From the NCBI GenBank assembly GCA_963749235.1, contig CAVVLV010000001.1, positions 1,287,634-1,351,633 of the forward strand: DNA of 64,000 nucleotides. Reading direction: 5' to 3'. Position 1 is the first letter of the stretch; each line of letters starts with the position of its first letter. The position numbers and the translations under genes were made by a program. This document shows, in pieces, positions 30,372 to 39,175 of this stretch. The notes under the pieces are model-generated. The model was not told the DNA's origin. It worked only from the letters and a program-made list of their open reading frames with translations, and made no database searches. The DNA comes from an uncultured Thermoplasmata archaeon (lineage in GTDB: Archaea; Thermoplasmatota; Thermoplasmata; Lutacidiplasmatales; UBA184).

Positions 30372-32157
30372 CCTTGCGGGCGCGTACGAACGGCTGGAGG
30401 CGACCTCCAAGCGCCTCGAGATGCGGGCGATCTTGGCGGGCCTGATCCGACCTCTCCGGCCCCCCGACCTGGGGAGAGTTTTGTTTCTGTCCCAGGGAGT
30501 CCTGCGACCGGAATACGAGGGGGTCGAACTCGGCGTGGCGACCTCGCTCGCTCGGCGCGCGGTGTCGACCGCGACCGGAACGGATGAGGACGAGGTGACC
30601 CGACGCACCCAACAGTCCGGCGACCTCGGCACGACGGCCGGCGAACTCATCGCGCGGCTCGCCCGCCTCGAGACCGAGGACCCCCTATCGGTCGCGTATG
30701 TCTACTCCGAGCTCGAGCGCATCGCGGCGGCGAGAGGTCCCGGGTCCCAGGAGGTAAAGGTAGAGGCGCTCGTACGGCTCCTGGGAAGGGCCGGCCCTCT
30801 CGAGGCGAAGTACCTCGTCCGGTTCGTGATCGGAACGCTCCGCGTCGGGGTACGGGAGATGACGATCCTCGACGCCCTGACCGATGCGTTCGCCGACGGG
30901 TCGAAAGAGGCCCGGGTCCGGATCGAGGCCGCGTTCAACCTATCGAGCGACCTGGCGTTGGTCGCCGGAGCTCTAGTGACCCGCGGGCTCGACGGCCTCT
31001 CCGAAATCCGGTTGGAAGTGGGGCGCCCGGTCCGGCCGATGTTGGCCGAGCGGGAGCCGACCCTCGCGGCTATCCTCGAGCGGATGGGCGGGACGGCAGC
31101 ACTGGAGTACAAGTACGACGGTCTGCGGGTGCAAGCTCACGTCGGCGCGCACGGGGAGGTCCGTCTATTTTCCCGGCGCTTGGAAGAGATCAGCGCCCAA
31201 TTCCCCGAACTTCGGTCCGCCCTCCCCGAGGCCGTGGGCTCCGTACCGGCGATCCTGGAGGGCGAATGCGTGCCCATCGACCCCGACACGGACGAGATCC
31301 GCCCGTTCCAGGAGGTCTCGCGGCGGCGCGGTCGTAAGCACGATCTCGACCGCCTGCAGCAGGAGGTGCCCGTCTGCTTGTTCCTCTTCGACGTCCTCCT
31401 CTCTAATGGTGAAGTGGTGTACGACCGGCCCTTCCCCGAACGTCGGAAGATTCTGGAAGGGATGATCCGACCCTCCGAACGGGTCCGCGTGGCCGACCAG
31501 CGGATTGTCCACACTCCCGATCAAGCGACGGCGTTCTTCGACGAGGCGCTCGCGGGAGGCGCCGAGGGGGTCGTCGCGAAGTCCCTCCAGCCCGGGAGCG
31601 GGTACCGGGCGGGCGCACGCGGTTTCTGGTGGATCAAGTACAAGCGCGATTACACGGCGGGCCTTAGCGACTCCATCGACGGCGTCATCGTGGGCGGATT
31701 CCACGGTCGGGGTCGCCGTGCCGGCCGCTTTGGCGCGTACCTGCTCGCAGTGTACAATCCGGATCAGGAGCGGTTCGAATCGTTCTGCAAGGTCGGCAGC
31801 GGCTTCGACGACGCCGCGCTGGCCGAAATGCCGACCCGGCTGAAGGGGTTCGAACTCCCCGCTCCGTCGCCCGGCGTGGTCTCGGGGATCGTCCCCGATC
31901 AATGGTTCCGACCGCACGTTGTCCTGGAAGTGAAGGGGGCGGAGCTCACGCTCAGCCCGATCCACCGCGCCGCCCAGGGCGCGGTGCGCCCCGAGCTCGG
32001 GCTCGCCCTGAGGTTCCCCCGGTTCACGGGGCGGATCCGCGAGGACAAGGGACCGAGCGAAGCGACGACCTCGACCGAACTCCTCGAGATGTATCGTCTC
32101 CAGGTCCGCCAAGCCTCCCCGTCCAGCGAAGGGGCCTCCGCCGACGGCGGAACCTGA
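30358..32157 (+). CDS. lig: ATP-dependent DNA ligase
   Basis: 'EYKYDGLRVQ', 'EGVVAK', 'WIKYK', 'LRFPRF'. Confidence 0.97.
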   Translation: MRFVDLAGAYERLEATSKRLEMRAILAGLIRPLRPPDLGRVLFLSQGVLRPEYEGVELGVATSLARRAVSTATGTDEDEVTRRTQQSGDLGTTAGELIARLARLETEDPLSVAYVYSELERIAAARGPGSQEVKVEALVRLLGRAGPLEAKYLVRFVIGTLRVGVREMTILDALTDAFADGSKEARVRIEAAFNLSSDLALVAGALVTRGLDGLSEIRLEVGRPVRPMLAEREPTLAAILERMGGTAALEYKYDGLRVQAHVGAHGEVRLFSRRLEEISAQFPELRSALPEAVGSVPAILEGECVPIDPDTDEIRPFQEVSRRRGRKHDLDRLQQEVPVCLFLFDVLLSNGEVVYDRPFPERRKILEGMIRPSERVRVADQRIVHTPDQATAFFDEALAGGAEGVVAKSLQPGSGYRAGARGFWWIKYKRDYTAGLSDSIDGVIVGGFHGRGRRAGRFGAYLLAVYNPDQERFESFCKVGSGFDDAALAEMPTRLKGFELPAPSPGVVSGIVPDQWFRPHVVLEVKGAELTLSPIHRAAQGAVRPELGLALRFPRFTGRIREDKGPSEATTSTELLEMYRLQVRQASPSSEGASADGGT

Positions 32158-32229
32158 ACCGCGGGCGACGGCTCGTCCGCCCAAAGGCATAAGAAGGGCG
32201 GGCTCGGTCGCAGAGGACCGGGAACACAC

Positions 32230-32529
32230 ATGCTGGTCGAGATGACCGAGCTTCTGGGACGCCAAATCTACACGCCGGACGGACGCCTCCTCGGCGAGGT
32301 CGACAACGTGGTCGTGGACGTCGAGTCCGCTAAGGTCGACGGGCTGTACGTCGACGAAACCAGTCCGATGTTAGTCGAGGATTCCCGCCCCACCAACGTC
32401 CCGTACCGGTGGGTCTCGGCGGTCAACGACGTCGTGCTCCTCAAGTACTTCCCGAAGCGGGTCTCCCTGAAGAAGGGGGGCGCCCGCCCGGCGAAGTCCG
32501 AGGAACCCGTCGCTCCCCCGGCCCGCTAG
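32230..32529 (+). CDS. PRC-barrel domain protein
   Basis: 'ELLGRQIYTPDGRLLGEVDNVVVD...VPYRWVSAVNDVVLL'. Confidence 0.85.
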   Translation: MLVEMTELLGRQIYTPDGRLLGEVDNVVVDVESAKVDGLYVDETSPMLVEDSRPTNVPYRWVSAVNDVVLLKYFPKRVSLKKGGARPAKSEEPVAPPAR

Positions 32530-32536
32530 GCGCGCC

Positions 32537-32641
32537 GCGGGGATAGCCAAGCCCGGAAACGGCGCAGGACTTAAACGCCGAGAACTCGGCGAAGAGATCC
32601 TGCCGCGCAGGCGTTCGCCGGTTCAAATCCGGCTCCCCGCA
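32537..32641 (+). tRNA. tRNA-Leu(TAA) with a 21-nt intron (32576-32596)
   Basis: Acceptor stem GCGGGGA/TCCCCGC plus A73; D-arm AGCCAAGCCCGGAAACGGC; anticodon stem CAGGA/TCCTG; TAA at 32572-32574; long variable arm; T-arm GCCGGTTCAAATCCGGC. CCA not encoded. Confidence 0.9.
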
Positions 32642-32696
32642 TCGCCCCGATGCGGACGGACGAGAGGGTAAGAACCGCCCCCCGCTGGGGGGCGTC

Positions 32697-33308
32697 ATGC
32701 GGCGGTCGGAACTCGTTCGAGCCCTGGAGCGAGTGCCGCCCCCCGAACATCCCCGGGCCGAGCTCGAGCAGGTCGTCACGCCCCCCGAGCGGGTCGCGGA
32801 CTTGCTCGAAGCGACCTCGACCGAGGGCGGTCTGGTCGGTCGCTCGGTAGTGGACCTGGGATCGGGGACCGGCCGCCTCGCGATCGGCGCCGCACTGCTG
32901 GGGGGTAGACCGGTCCTGGGGATCGAGAAGGACCCCGCCCTGGTGCGAGTCGCCGAGGCCTCCGCCCTCGCCCTCGGAGTGGCGGTCGAGTTTCGGGTGC
33001 GGGAAGTCGAGGGGTTCGTGGGCTCGGCCGATTTCGTCGTAATGAACCCGCCGTTCGGAGCGCAGCGAAAAGGGGCCGACCGACCATTCTGGGATGCGGC
33101 GTTCACCACCGCCCGGCGCGCGATCCTGGCGTTCGCCCTCGCCGAGTCCCGAACCTTTATAGCACGCCGAGCGGTCGCACGCTCCGCCCACATCGTCGCC
33201 ACTCGGCCCGTGCTCTGGGAGCTCCCGCGAACCTTCGCGCACCACTCCCGTCGACGGGTCCCTTTGGACGTCGACCTCTGGACCATCCGAACGGACCAGG
33301 AACCATGA
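32697..33308 (+). CDS. METTL5-like putative RNA adenine-N6 methyltransferase
   Basis: 'ELEQVVTP', SAM motif 'DLGSGTGRLAIGA', 'MNPPFG'. Confidence 0.85.
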   Translation: MRRSELVRALERVPPPEHPRAELEQVVTPPERVADLLEATSTEGGLVGRSVVDLGSGTGRLAIGAALLGGRPVLGIEKDPALVRVAEASALALGVAVEFRVREVEGFVGSADFVVMNPPFGAQRKGADRPFWDAAFTTARRAILAFALAESRTFIARRAVARSAHIVATRPVLWELPRTFAHHSRRRVPLDVDLWTIRTDQEP

Positions 33309-33895
33309 CCGATACCGAACTCCCCGCCCTCGTTGTCCCCGGCGACTATCTCGGCGCCGCCGAGGAGTTCCTCCCCGGCCGGGGGACGTACGAGAACCGG
33401 GGCCGGATCTATGCCTCCGTATTGGGCACCCCGAAGGTCGACGCGCGCGACCGCACCGTTCGGGTCGAAGCGCGCAACGCGATCCCCGAGCTCCAAGAGG
33501 ACGACCTGGTCTACGCCCGCGTCGAGGAGATCAAGACCGCGATGCTCATCTGCGCCCTGCTCGGTCAGGCGGGTAGCCGCCGGAAGCTTCCGGGCGAACC
33601 GGAAGGGACCGTCCACATCTCGAAGGCCCGGGAAGGGTACACGGAGTCGTTCTCGGGCGAGTTCGCCATCGGCGACATCCTGCTCGCCCGCGTCCTCCAG
33701 GCCAAGCCCTCGGTCAAGCTCTCCACCGCCGCCGCGCCGCTGGGCGTCGTGGCGGCCCGTTGCCAGGTCTGCCATGCGCTCTTGACGATGGGTCCGACTG
33801 ACTTGGTCTGTCCCCGCTGCGGAAACACGGAGCGCCGCAAGCTCGCGAAGGGACCCCGACCCGGCGGGCCGTCCGATGGACCCGACTCCCACTGA
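33305..33895 (+). CDS. csl4: Exosome RNA-binding protein Csl4
   Basis: 'VVPGDYLGAAEEFLPGRGTYE', S1 domain 'GDILLARV', Zn ribbon 'CQVC...CPRCGNTERRK'. Confidence 0.92.
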   Translation: MTDTELPALVVPGDYLGAAEEFLPGRGTYENRGRIYASVLGTPKVDARDRTVRVEARNAIPELQEDDLVYARVEEIKTAMLICALLGQAGSRRKLPGEPEGTVHISKAREGYTESFSGEFAIGDILLARVLQAKPSVKLSTAAAPLGVVAARCQVCHALLTMGPTDLVCPRCGNTERRKLAKGPRPGGPSDGPDSH

Positions 33896-35108
33896 GGAGG
33901 AGCGTCGCCTCGCGACGCTCGTTCGCGCCCACGATCGGTGGCGCGGGCGGGACGTCTTCAACCTCTTGGCGAGCGAGAACGCCGTCTCCCCCACGGCCCG
34001 CAAGTACCTGGGGAGCGACCTCGCCGGTCGGTACACCCTCCCCCTGACCGCCCCGTTCGACGGCGAGACCATCGACAACAGTTACGCCGGCACCCGCTAC
34101 ACGGACCAGATCGAGACGCTCGCGAACGCCGCAGCCGCCCGCCTCTTTCGGGCGAAGTTCGCGACCACGCGACCTCTTTCCGGCCACATCGCCGCCCTCT
34201 CCGCCCTTGTCCCCCTGCTGCCCCCCAAGGCCCGGATCCTGGCCATCGCTCCGGACCAGGGCGGGTACGACGGGTACGCCCCCGGCTACATTCCGGCCGT
34301 GTTCGGGTACACGGTGCGCCCGCTCCCCGCGGACGGCCCCGGTCACTCGGTCGACGCTGCGCTCGCGGTCGAAACGATCCGGAACGAACGCCCGGACGCG
34401 GTCGTGCTCGGGCAGAGCTTCTTCCTGTTCCCCTACCCGCTACGGGAGATCGCGGAGGCGGCCCACGCCCACAACGCGCTCGTGTTCTACGACGCCTCGC
34501 ACGTGCTCGGCCTCGTGGCCGGCGGGGAGTTCCAGGACCCGCTCGTGGAAGGCGCTGACATCGTCTACGGGAGCACCCACAAATCCTTCCCCGGACCGCA
34601 GGGCGGATTGCTCTACACGAACCGGGAGGATCTCTTCGCCCAGCTCGACCCTGCGCTCGTCTGGCGGATCTTCGACAACGCCCACTGGAACCGGATCGCG
34701 GCCCTGGGCCAGACCCTGCTCGAACTCGAGCGCTGCGGGAAGGAGTACGCCCGCACCGTGATCCAGAACGCCCAGGCGCTCGGTCGGGCCCTTCAGGATC
34801 TGGACCTGCCCATGGTCGCCGAGACGCAGGGGTTCACGCGTTCCCACCAGATCCATCTCGACCGCTCGGCCCTCCGCCAGCGGCATACGATCTCGGCCGG
34901 GGCCCTGGCGCGGCGGCTCGAGCGACAGCGACTGCTCATCGACCTCGTCGGCCGGATCGGGACCGCCGAGGCCGCGCGCCTCGGACTGACCCCTTCCGAC
35001 ATGCCTCACCTCGCCGAGCTCCTCGTGCGCGCCGGCCTCCGGAGGGAGAAGGTCGCGGCGGAAGTGCTCCGTTGGCGCCGCACGTTCATCGGGCTCCGGT
35101 TCGCCTGA
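33876..35108 (+). CDS. Divergent serine hydroxymethyltransferase-like PLP enzyme
   Basis: 'LLASEN', 'YDASH', 'GSTHKSFPGPQGG', 'RIGT' present, but no YxEG or GGHLTH motifs. Confidence 0.8.
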   Translation: MDPTPTEEERRLATLVRAHDRWRGRDVFNLLASENAVSPTARKYLGSDLAGRYTLPLTAPFDGETIDNSYAGTRYTDQIETLANAAAARLFRAKFATTRPLSGHIAALSALVPLLPPKARILAIAPDQGGYDGYAPGYIPAVFGYTVRPLPADGPGHSVDAALAVETIRNERPDAVVLGQSFFLFPYPLREIAEAAHAHNALVFYDASHVLGLVAGGEFQDPLVEGADIVYGSTHKSFPGPQGGLLYTNREDLFAQLDPALVWRIFDNAHWNRIAALGQTLLELERCGKEYARTVIQNAQALGRALQDLDLPMVAETQGFTRSHQIHLDRSALRQRHTISAGALARRLERQRLLIDLVGRIGTAEAARLGLTPSDMPHLAELLVRAGLRREKVAAEVLRWRRTFIGLRFA

Positions 35109-35192
35109 GCCCGAGGGCCCCGCGCGGCCGCTCCGCCCGCGATCGAGATAAGAGAAGAAGGAAAGGGTTGGTCTAAGGGAAGCTTCCCCGAC

Positions 35193-36369
35193 CTAGGACA
35201 TCCCGTGCTCGCTCTTGGCGTGCGCCGAGAGCTCGTCCGCGGAGCCGAACGACTTGCCACAGACGCTGCAGGTGTTCGCCGAGTCGGTCTTCTGGTCCGA
35301 CCAGGGCTGGGCCGGCTTGGCGGGCGGCTCCGACATCATCATGCGGGCCGCGACCAGGGCTGCCAGGATACCGACGATCAGGCCCACCAGGAGGAACAGC
35401 GTTCCGCTGACGGGGGCGCTGAGCCCAAAGTAGCCGGTCGCCGACGTTCCGCCCGTGGTGTTGTCCCACGTCGTGGTATTCTGGTAGACCGTCCCTCCAC
35501 CCGACGCGGCGGCCGCGGTGACCGTAATGCTCGAGTTGAGGTATTCAGTACCCCACACCATGACGCCCTGGATCGAAACCGCGTAGGTACCGGGCGTTCC
35601 CTCATACCAGATCTTGGCGACCGAGATGCCCGGGCTCGACTGGATGAAGGTCCCCGTGAAGACCAGCGTCGCACCCGAGAAGATGTTCAGGTTCACCGCG
35701 GTGACATACTGGGCATGGTAGGCGACCGAGACCGTGATGTTCCCGGCCTGCACGGAGGTGGTGGTCGGGGAGACCAGAGCCCAGGTCGGCGTGTAGGTGA
35801 TGAACGAGGTGAAGGTTCCGCTCGTGTTGTCGTTCGTAGCGAAGGTGCCTCCGTACCCGGCGCCGTTCAGGTCCGTGACGACGTCGAACGTGTAAGTGTC
35901 GATGAGCGAGTTCGTGCAGGTGGGGTCCGAGAACGCGCAGCCCAGCCAGGTCGAGTTGAGCGGGATTGCGTAGCTGGCCTGTCCCGAGACGATGGTGACG
36001 TTGTTGCTCGCCTGGACGTGGTGCGACAGGATGTCGGTCACCACGACGGTGGCGCCGGCATTAGCGCTGCTGATCGTGTAGCCCGTAACGTTCCACCAGC
36101 CGATCGTGAAATTCAGCCAGGCGGGGATCGTCGAGTACGGCGCCGGGGCGCTCGGTGATCGCCGCGAAGACTCCGGTGTTCAGCGGGGCATCCGGGTGGA
36201 CCGGCGCCGCCGGCATGCCGTGGCCCGTCGTCAAGGCGGCTCCGCCGTCGCGCACGGGGGAGGCCGGTGCCGCATGGAGTGCGGTCGCCCCGGACAGACC
36301 CAGTACCAAGAACGCGGCTAGGAGCCCAATCCCTACAGTCCCGAACGTCAGCCTCGTGGCGCGGTGCAT
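35193..36369 (-). CDS. Secreted Thr/Ser-rich surface protein with C-terminal TM and C2H2 zinc finger (frameshift near 36155)
   Basis: Signal peptide in ORF 36061..36369. Removing one base near 36155 joins it to ORF 35193..36044, which ends TM + 'CSVCGKSFGSADELSAHAKSEH'. Confidence 0.75.
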
Positions 36370-36469
36370 AGCTCCCCGGATGGCTTGTGCTACTTAAGCT
36401 TCTCGTGAGAGGCTGCTTTGGGATTATATTCCTCCGGCGTGACGGCGGGTGAATCTTCCTCATCGTTCA

Positions 36470-37850
36470 TCGTTCGCGACGAACGAAAAGAACGACCCCT
36501 TGAGGGCTCTTCGAACTTCGTGGACCCACGTCGATCCCTCGTGTTCCCACTACCCACCGGTCCGGGGGTGGTCCCTCCTCCAGTTCGGATCCTGATGGAC
36601 GAATTCCGACTCCTCGTCAATCAATGTCTCCGTCACGCCCTCTCCCTCCGTGTCACGTCTCGCGGAAGCCTCTCCCGCTATGCTCGAACACATGCGCTCG
36701 AGGCTCGCGTTACCGGGAAAATCGGCCTCACAGCCGCGGAGGTTGCGACTTCACTCGCGAGCGGACATCGGCGACGACTCCGCGAGGGATTCCCCTGCCG
36801 AGTCCCGTACGTTCTGACTCCCTTCGTGCGAATCCCTTCCTCTGCCTTTCACCTCGACCTAGACACGGGAAGGCTCCGACTCTCCCTTCGCCGAGGAGAG
36901 TGGACCTCCCTCTCCGTCCCGGTCTCGAGCTACCATCGAAGGGTGCTCGCGGAGCCGGGACGTCGGATCACTCAGGTCCACATCGGCCTGCATCAAGTGG
37001 CGGTGGTCTATGCGCAGGCCACTCCGGAGCGCTACTCACCCCGATCGTTCGTCGCCCTCGACACCAACGAGTCGTCCCTGGACGGAGTTCGGGTTACTCC
37101 CGAGGGAGCCTCCTTCGTTCGCCTTCTCTTCCCCGAGATCCGAGCGATCCAGTTTCGTCACATGGGTCGACGGCAATACCTCGGCCGGAAGAAGGCGCAC
37201 GACAGACGGGTCGCTCGCCACCTGCTAGGTCGAGAAGGGAGGAGGGAGCGCCATCGGATCCGGACCCGACTCCACGACCTCACTCGCTCGCTCATCGATC
37301 GGCTCACCGAACAGAAGGCGACTCTCGTGCTCGAGGACCTCAAGGGAATCCTAACCCCGCGACGAGGGGGCAGGGCCTTCGGCCGAGGCACCCGCTTCCG
37401 TTCCCCCTACTTCCGGCGTCGCCTCTCCTCCTGGCCGCGAGGAGAGTTGCACCGCCAACTCGCCTACAAGGCCCGGGATCGGGGTGTTCCCATAATCTGG
37501 GTCGATCCCTATCTCACGTCACGAACCTGCCCGAAATGTGGTGAAGTATCAGAACACCGAAGAAGGGTGGGGACTAGGTTCGACTGCGCGAAGTGTGGGT
37601 GGTCGTGTGACCGTCAACTGAACGCCGGGCTGAACCTGGGAGTAACCGTCCTGCGGCGCGACGCAGGACTTGGGGGTCTTCGACTTGACCCCGGCGCCCT
37701 TCCCAAGGATGTAGTGATACCCCTCTACGGGTCGGCCAACGACCGACTCGCAAGGGTGGAGCGGAGGGGAATGGAGGGAGAGGATTCCATCGCCTCCCCG
37801 TTTCGGGGAGTGATGGGATGACATCCCAAAGCCGTGGGTGAGTTATTTCC
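36470..37850 (+). mobile_element. Non-autonomous tnpB-only (IS1341-type) element; ends approximate
   Basis: No tnpA nearby. Perfect hairpin TCGTTCG-CGA-CGAACGA at 36470-36486; 3' hairpins at 37787-37828. Confidence 0.55.
36520..37821 (+). CDS. tnpB: IS200/IS605-family TnpB (RNA-guided RuvC nuclease homolog) with RuvC-III Asp replaced by Gln
   Basis: RuvC-I 'VALDTN', RuvC-II 'LVLEDL', 'QLAYKA', 'TSRTCPKCG', 'CAKCG', 'DRQLNAGLNL'. GTG start at 36520 is inferred. Confidence 0.9.
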   Translation: MDPRRSLVFPLPTGPGVVPPPVRILMDEFRLLVNQCLRHALSLRVTSRGSLSRYARTHALEARVTGKIGLTAAEVATSLASGHRRRLREGFPCRVPYVLTPFVRIPSSAFHLDLDTGRLRLSLRRGEWTSLSVPVSSYHRRVLAEPGRRITQVHIGLHQVAVVYAQATPERYSPRSFVALDTNESSLDGVRVTPEGASFVRLLFPEIRAIQFRHMGRRQYLGRKKAHDRRVARHLLGREGRRERHRIRTRLHDLTRSLIDRLTEQKATLVLEDLKGILTPRRGGRAFGRGTRFRSPYFRRRLSSWPRGELHRQLAYKARDRGVPIIWVDPYLTSRTCPKCGEVSEHRRRVGTRFDCAKCGWSCDRQLNAGLNLGVTVLRRDAGLGGLRLDPGALPKDVVIPLYGSANDRLARVERRGMEGEDSIASPFRGVMG

Positions 37851-37870
37851 CGAGTGCGGTTGGTGCTGAG
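37690..37870 (+). ncRNA. Putative omega/reRNA overlapping the tnpB 3' end; boundaries approximate
   Basis: Stem CCATCGC-CTCCCCG-TTT-CGGGGAG-TGATGG at 37787-37816 and palindrome TGGGATG-A-CATCCCA at 37814-37828. Position matches known TnpB omegaRNAs. Confidence 0.5.
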
Positions 37871-37892
37871 GATTCCCAGGGCTCGAGTGGTC

Positions 37893-38504
37893 ATGAAACG
37901 TGCGGCGCGACTCCGAACCCGTTCCCCCCACCCGGCCGGGCCTGCGCCGGCCTTGCCCTTGCCCGGACCAGTCGCTCTCACTGGTTCCCCGGGGGTCGGG
38001 AAGTCGTCGGTGGTGTCTCATCTTCCTCCCAACTGGACCTGCATCGAGGTCGGAGACTTCGCCCGCGCGGCGGGCTGTGGCCGTGCGCAGCGGACGGGCG
38101 TCCTGGTCGATCTCCCTCTTCTCCGCCGTCGGTTCCCCGCGCTCCATCGAGCCCACCCCTACGACCTCTACGTCGGACATCTCGCTCACTTGCTTCCGAT
38201 CCGGGACGTCGTGGTGCTCCGCTGCCACCCGGTGGAGCTCGCCCATCGCCTGGCCCGCGCCCATCGAGGGACGCTCGCCGATCGCAACGCGAACGTGGTC
38301 GCCGAGGCGATCGACCTCGTCCTTCGGGAGGCCGTGGGGCCCGGTCGTCGGGTGTGGGAACTGGACACCTCGGGCCGGACCGCCTCCGACGTGGCGGTCG
38401 AGGTCGGACGCCGACTCGCCCGTCGGGGTCCGTCGCGCTTCGGTCGGGTCGACTGGCTTGCCGACTCGCGGGTCACCGACTATCTTTTGGACCGGACGCC
38501 GTAG
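37893..38504 (+). CDS. Archaeal AK6/Fap7-type adenylate kinase
   Basis: P-loop 'ALTGSPGVGKSS', 'GHLAHLL', 'VVVLRCHPVELAHRL', 'NVVAEAID'. Start uncertain. Confidence 0.85.
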   Translation: MKRAARLRTRSPHPAGPAPALPLPGPVALTGSPGVGKSSVVSHLPPNWTCIEVGDFARAAGCGRAQRTGVLVDLPLLRRRFPALHRAHPYDLYVGHLAHLLPIRDVVVLRCHPVELAHRLARAHRGTLADRNANVVAEAIDLVLREAVGPGRRVWELDTSGRTASDVAVEVGRRLARRGPSRFGRVDWLADSRVTDYLLDRTP

Positions 38505-38512
38505 GGACTCCG

Positions 38513-39175
38513 ATGGTCCTCGAGGGCTACCGCGCTCGGGTCCACCCGTACGTTGCGCGAATGGCCCGCCCGTTCCACGGGTGGACCCCGGCGTCGCTCA
38601 GCTGGCTTGCCCTCGGCCTGGCCGCGGCCGCCGGACTCCTGTCGGGGCTGGTCCGCTGGACGACCCCGCTCCTGTTCCTTCCCGTCGCCCTCTTGATCTT
38701 CCTCACCGGGCTCTTCGATGTCCTGGACGGGGAGGTCGCCCGGGCGACCGGCCGGGCGAGCCCCCGCGGCGACCTCTTGGATCACGTGTTCGACCGGTAC
38801 GCGGACATCTTCATCGTCCTCGGCCTGGCCGTCTCCGGGTACGCGAACCCGTACCTGGCGCTGCTCGCGCTCGTGAGCCTGCTCCTCACTAGTTACATGG
38901 GTACCCAGGCCCAGGCGATGGGCCAGGGCCGCCTCTACGCTGGCCTGCTCTCACGCTCCGATCGGCTTGTGGTGCTGGCGCTCGCGACCTTCCTGGAGTT
39001 CGACTGGTCGCTCCCCTGGCCCTGGGCCCCGACCGAGCCCTTCTCCCGGTTCGTCGTGATGGGGATCGGGTTCACCGTGATCGACGTCGCCTTCGTCTAC
39101 TTCGTCATCGCCGGTCAGTGGACCGCGGTCGCGCGGGCGTACCGGACCTATCGGGCGCTCCCGCCGACGGGCTAG
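38513..39175 (+). CDS. CDP-alcohol phosphatidyltransferase (archaetidylinositol phosphate synthase-like)
   Basis: 'FDVLDGEVARATGRASPRGDLLDHVFDRYAD' matches DxxDGxxAR...GxxxDxxxD. Confidence 0.9.
   Translation: MVLEGYRARVHPYVARMARPFHGWTPASLSWLALGLAAAAGLLSGLVRWTTPLLFLPVALLIFLTGLFDVLDGEVARATGRASPRGDLLDHVFDRYADIFIVLGLAVSGYANPYLALLALVSLLLTSYMGTQAQAMGQGRLYAGLLSRSDRLVVLALATFLEFDWSLPWPWAPTEPFSRFVVMGIGFTVIDVAFVYFVIAGQWTAVARAYRTYRALPPTG

Noticed and set aside
32537-32641. tRNA-Leu as an integration site
   Set aside because: No duplicated tRNA 3' end and no integrase seen in the window; the flanking genes are core.
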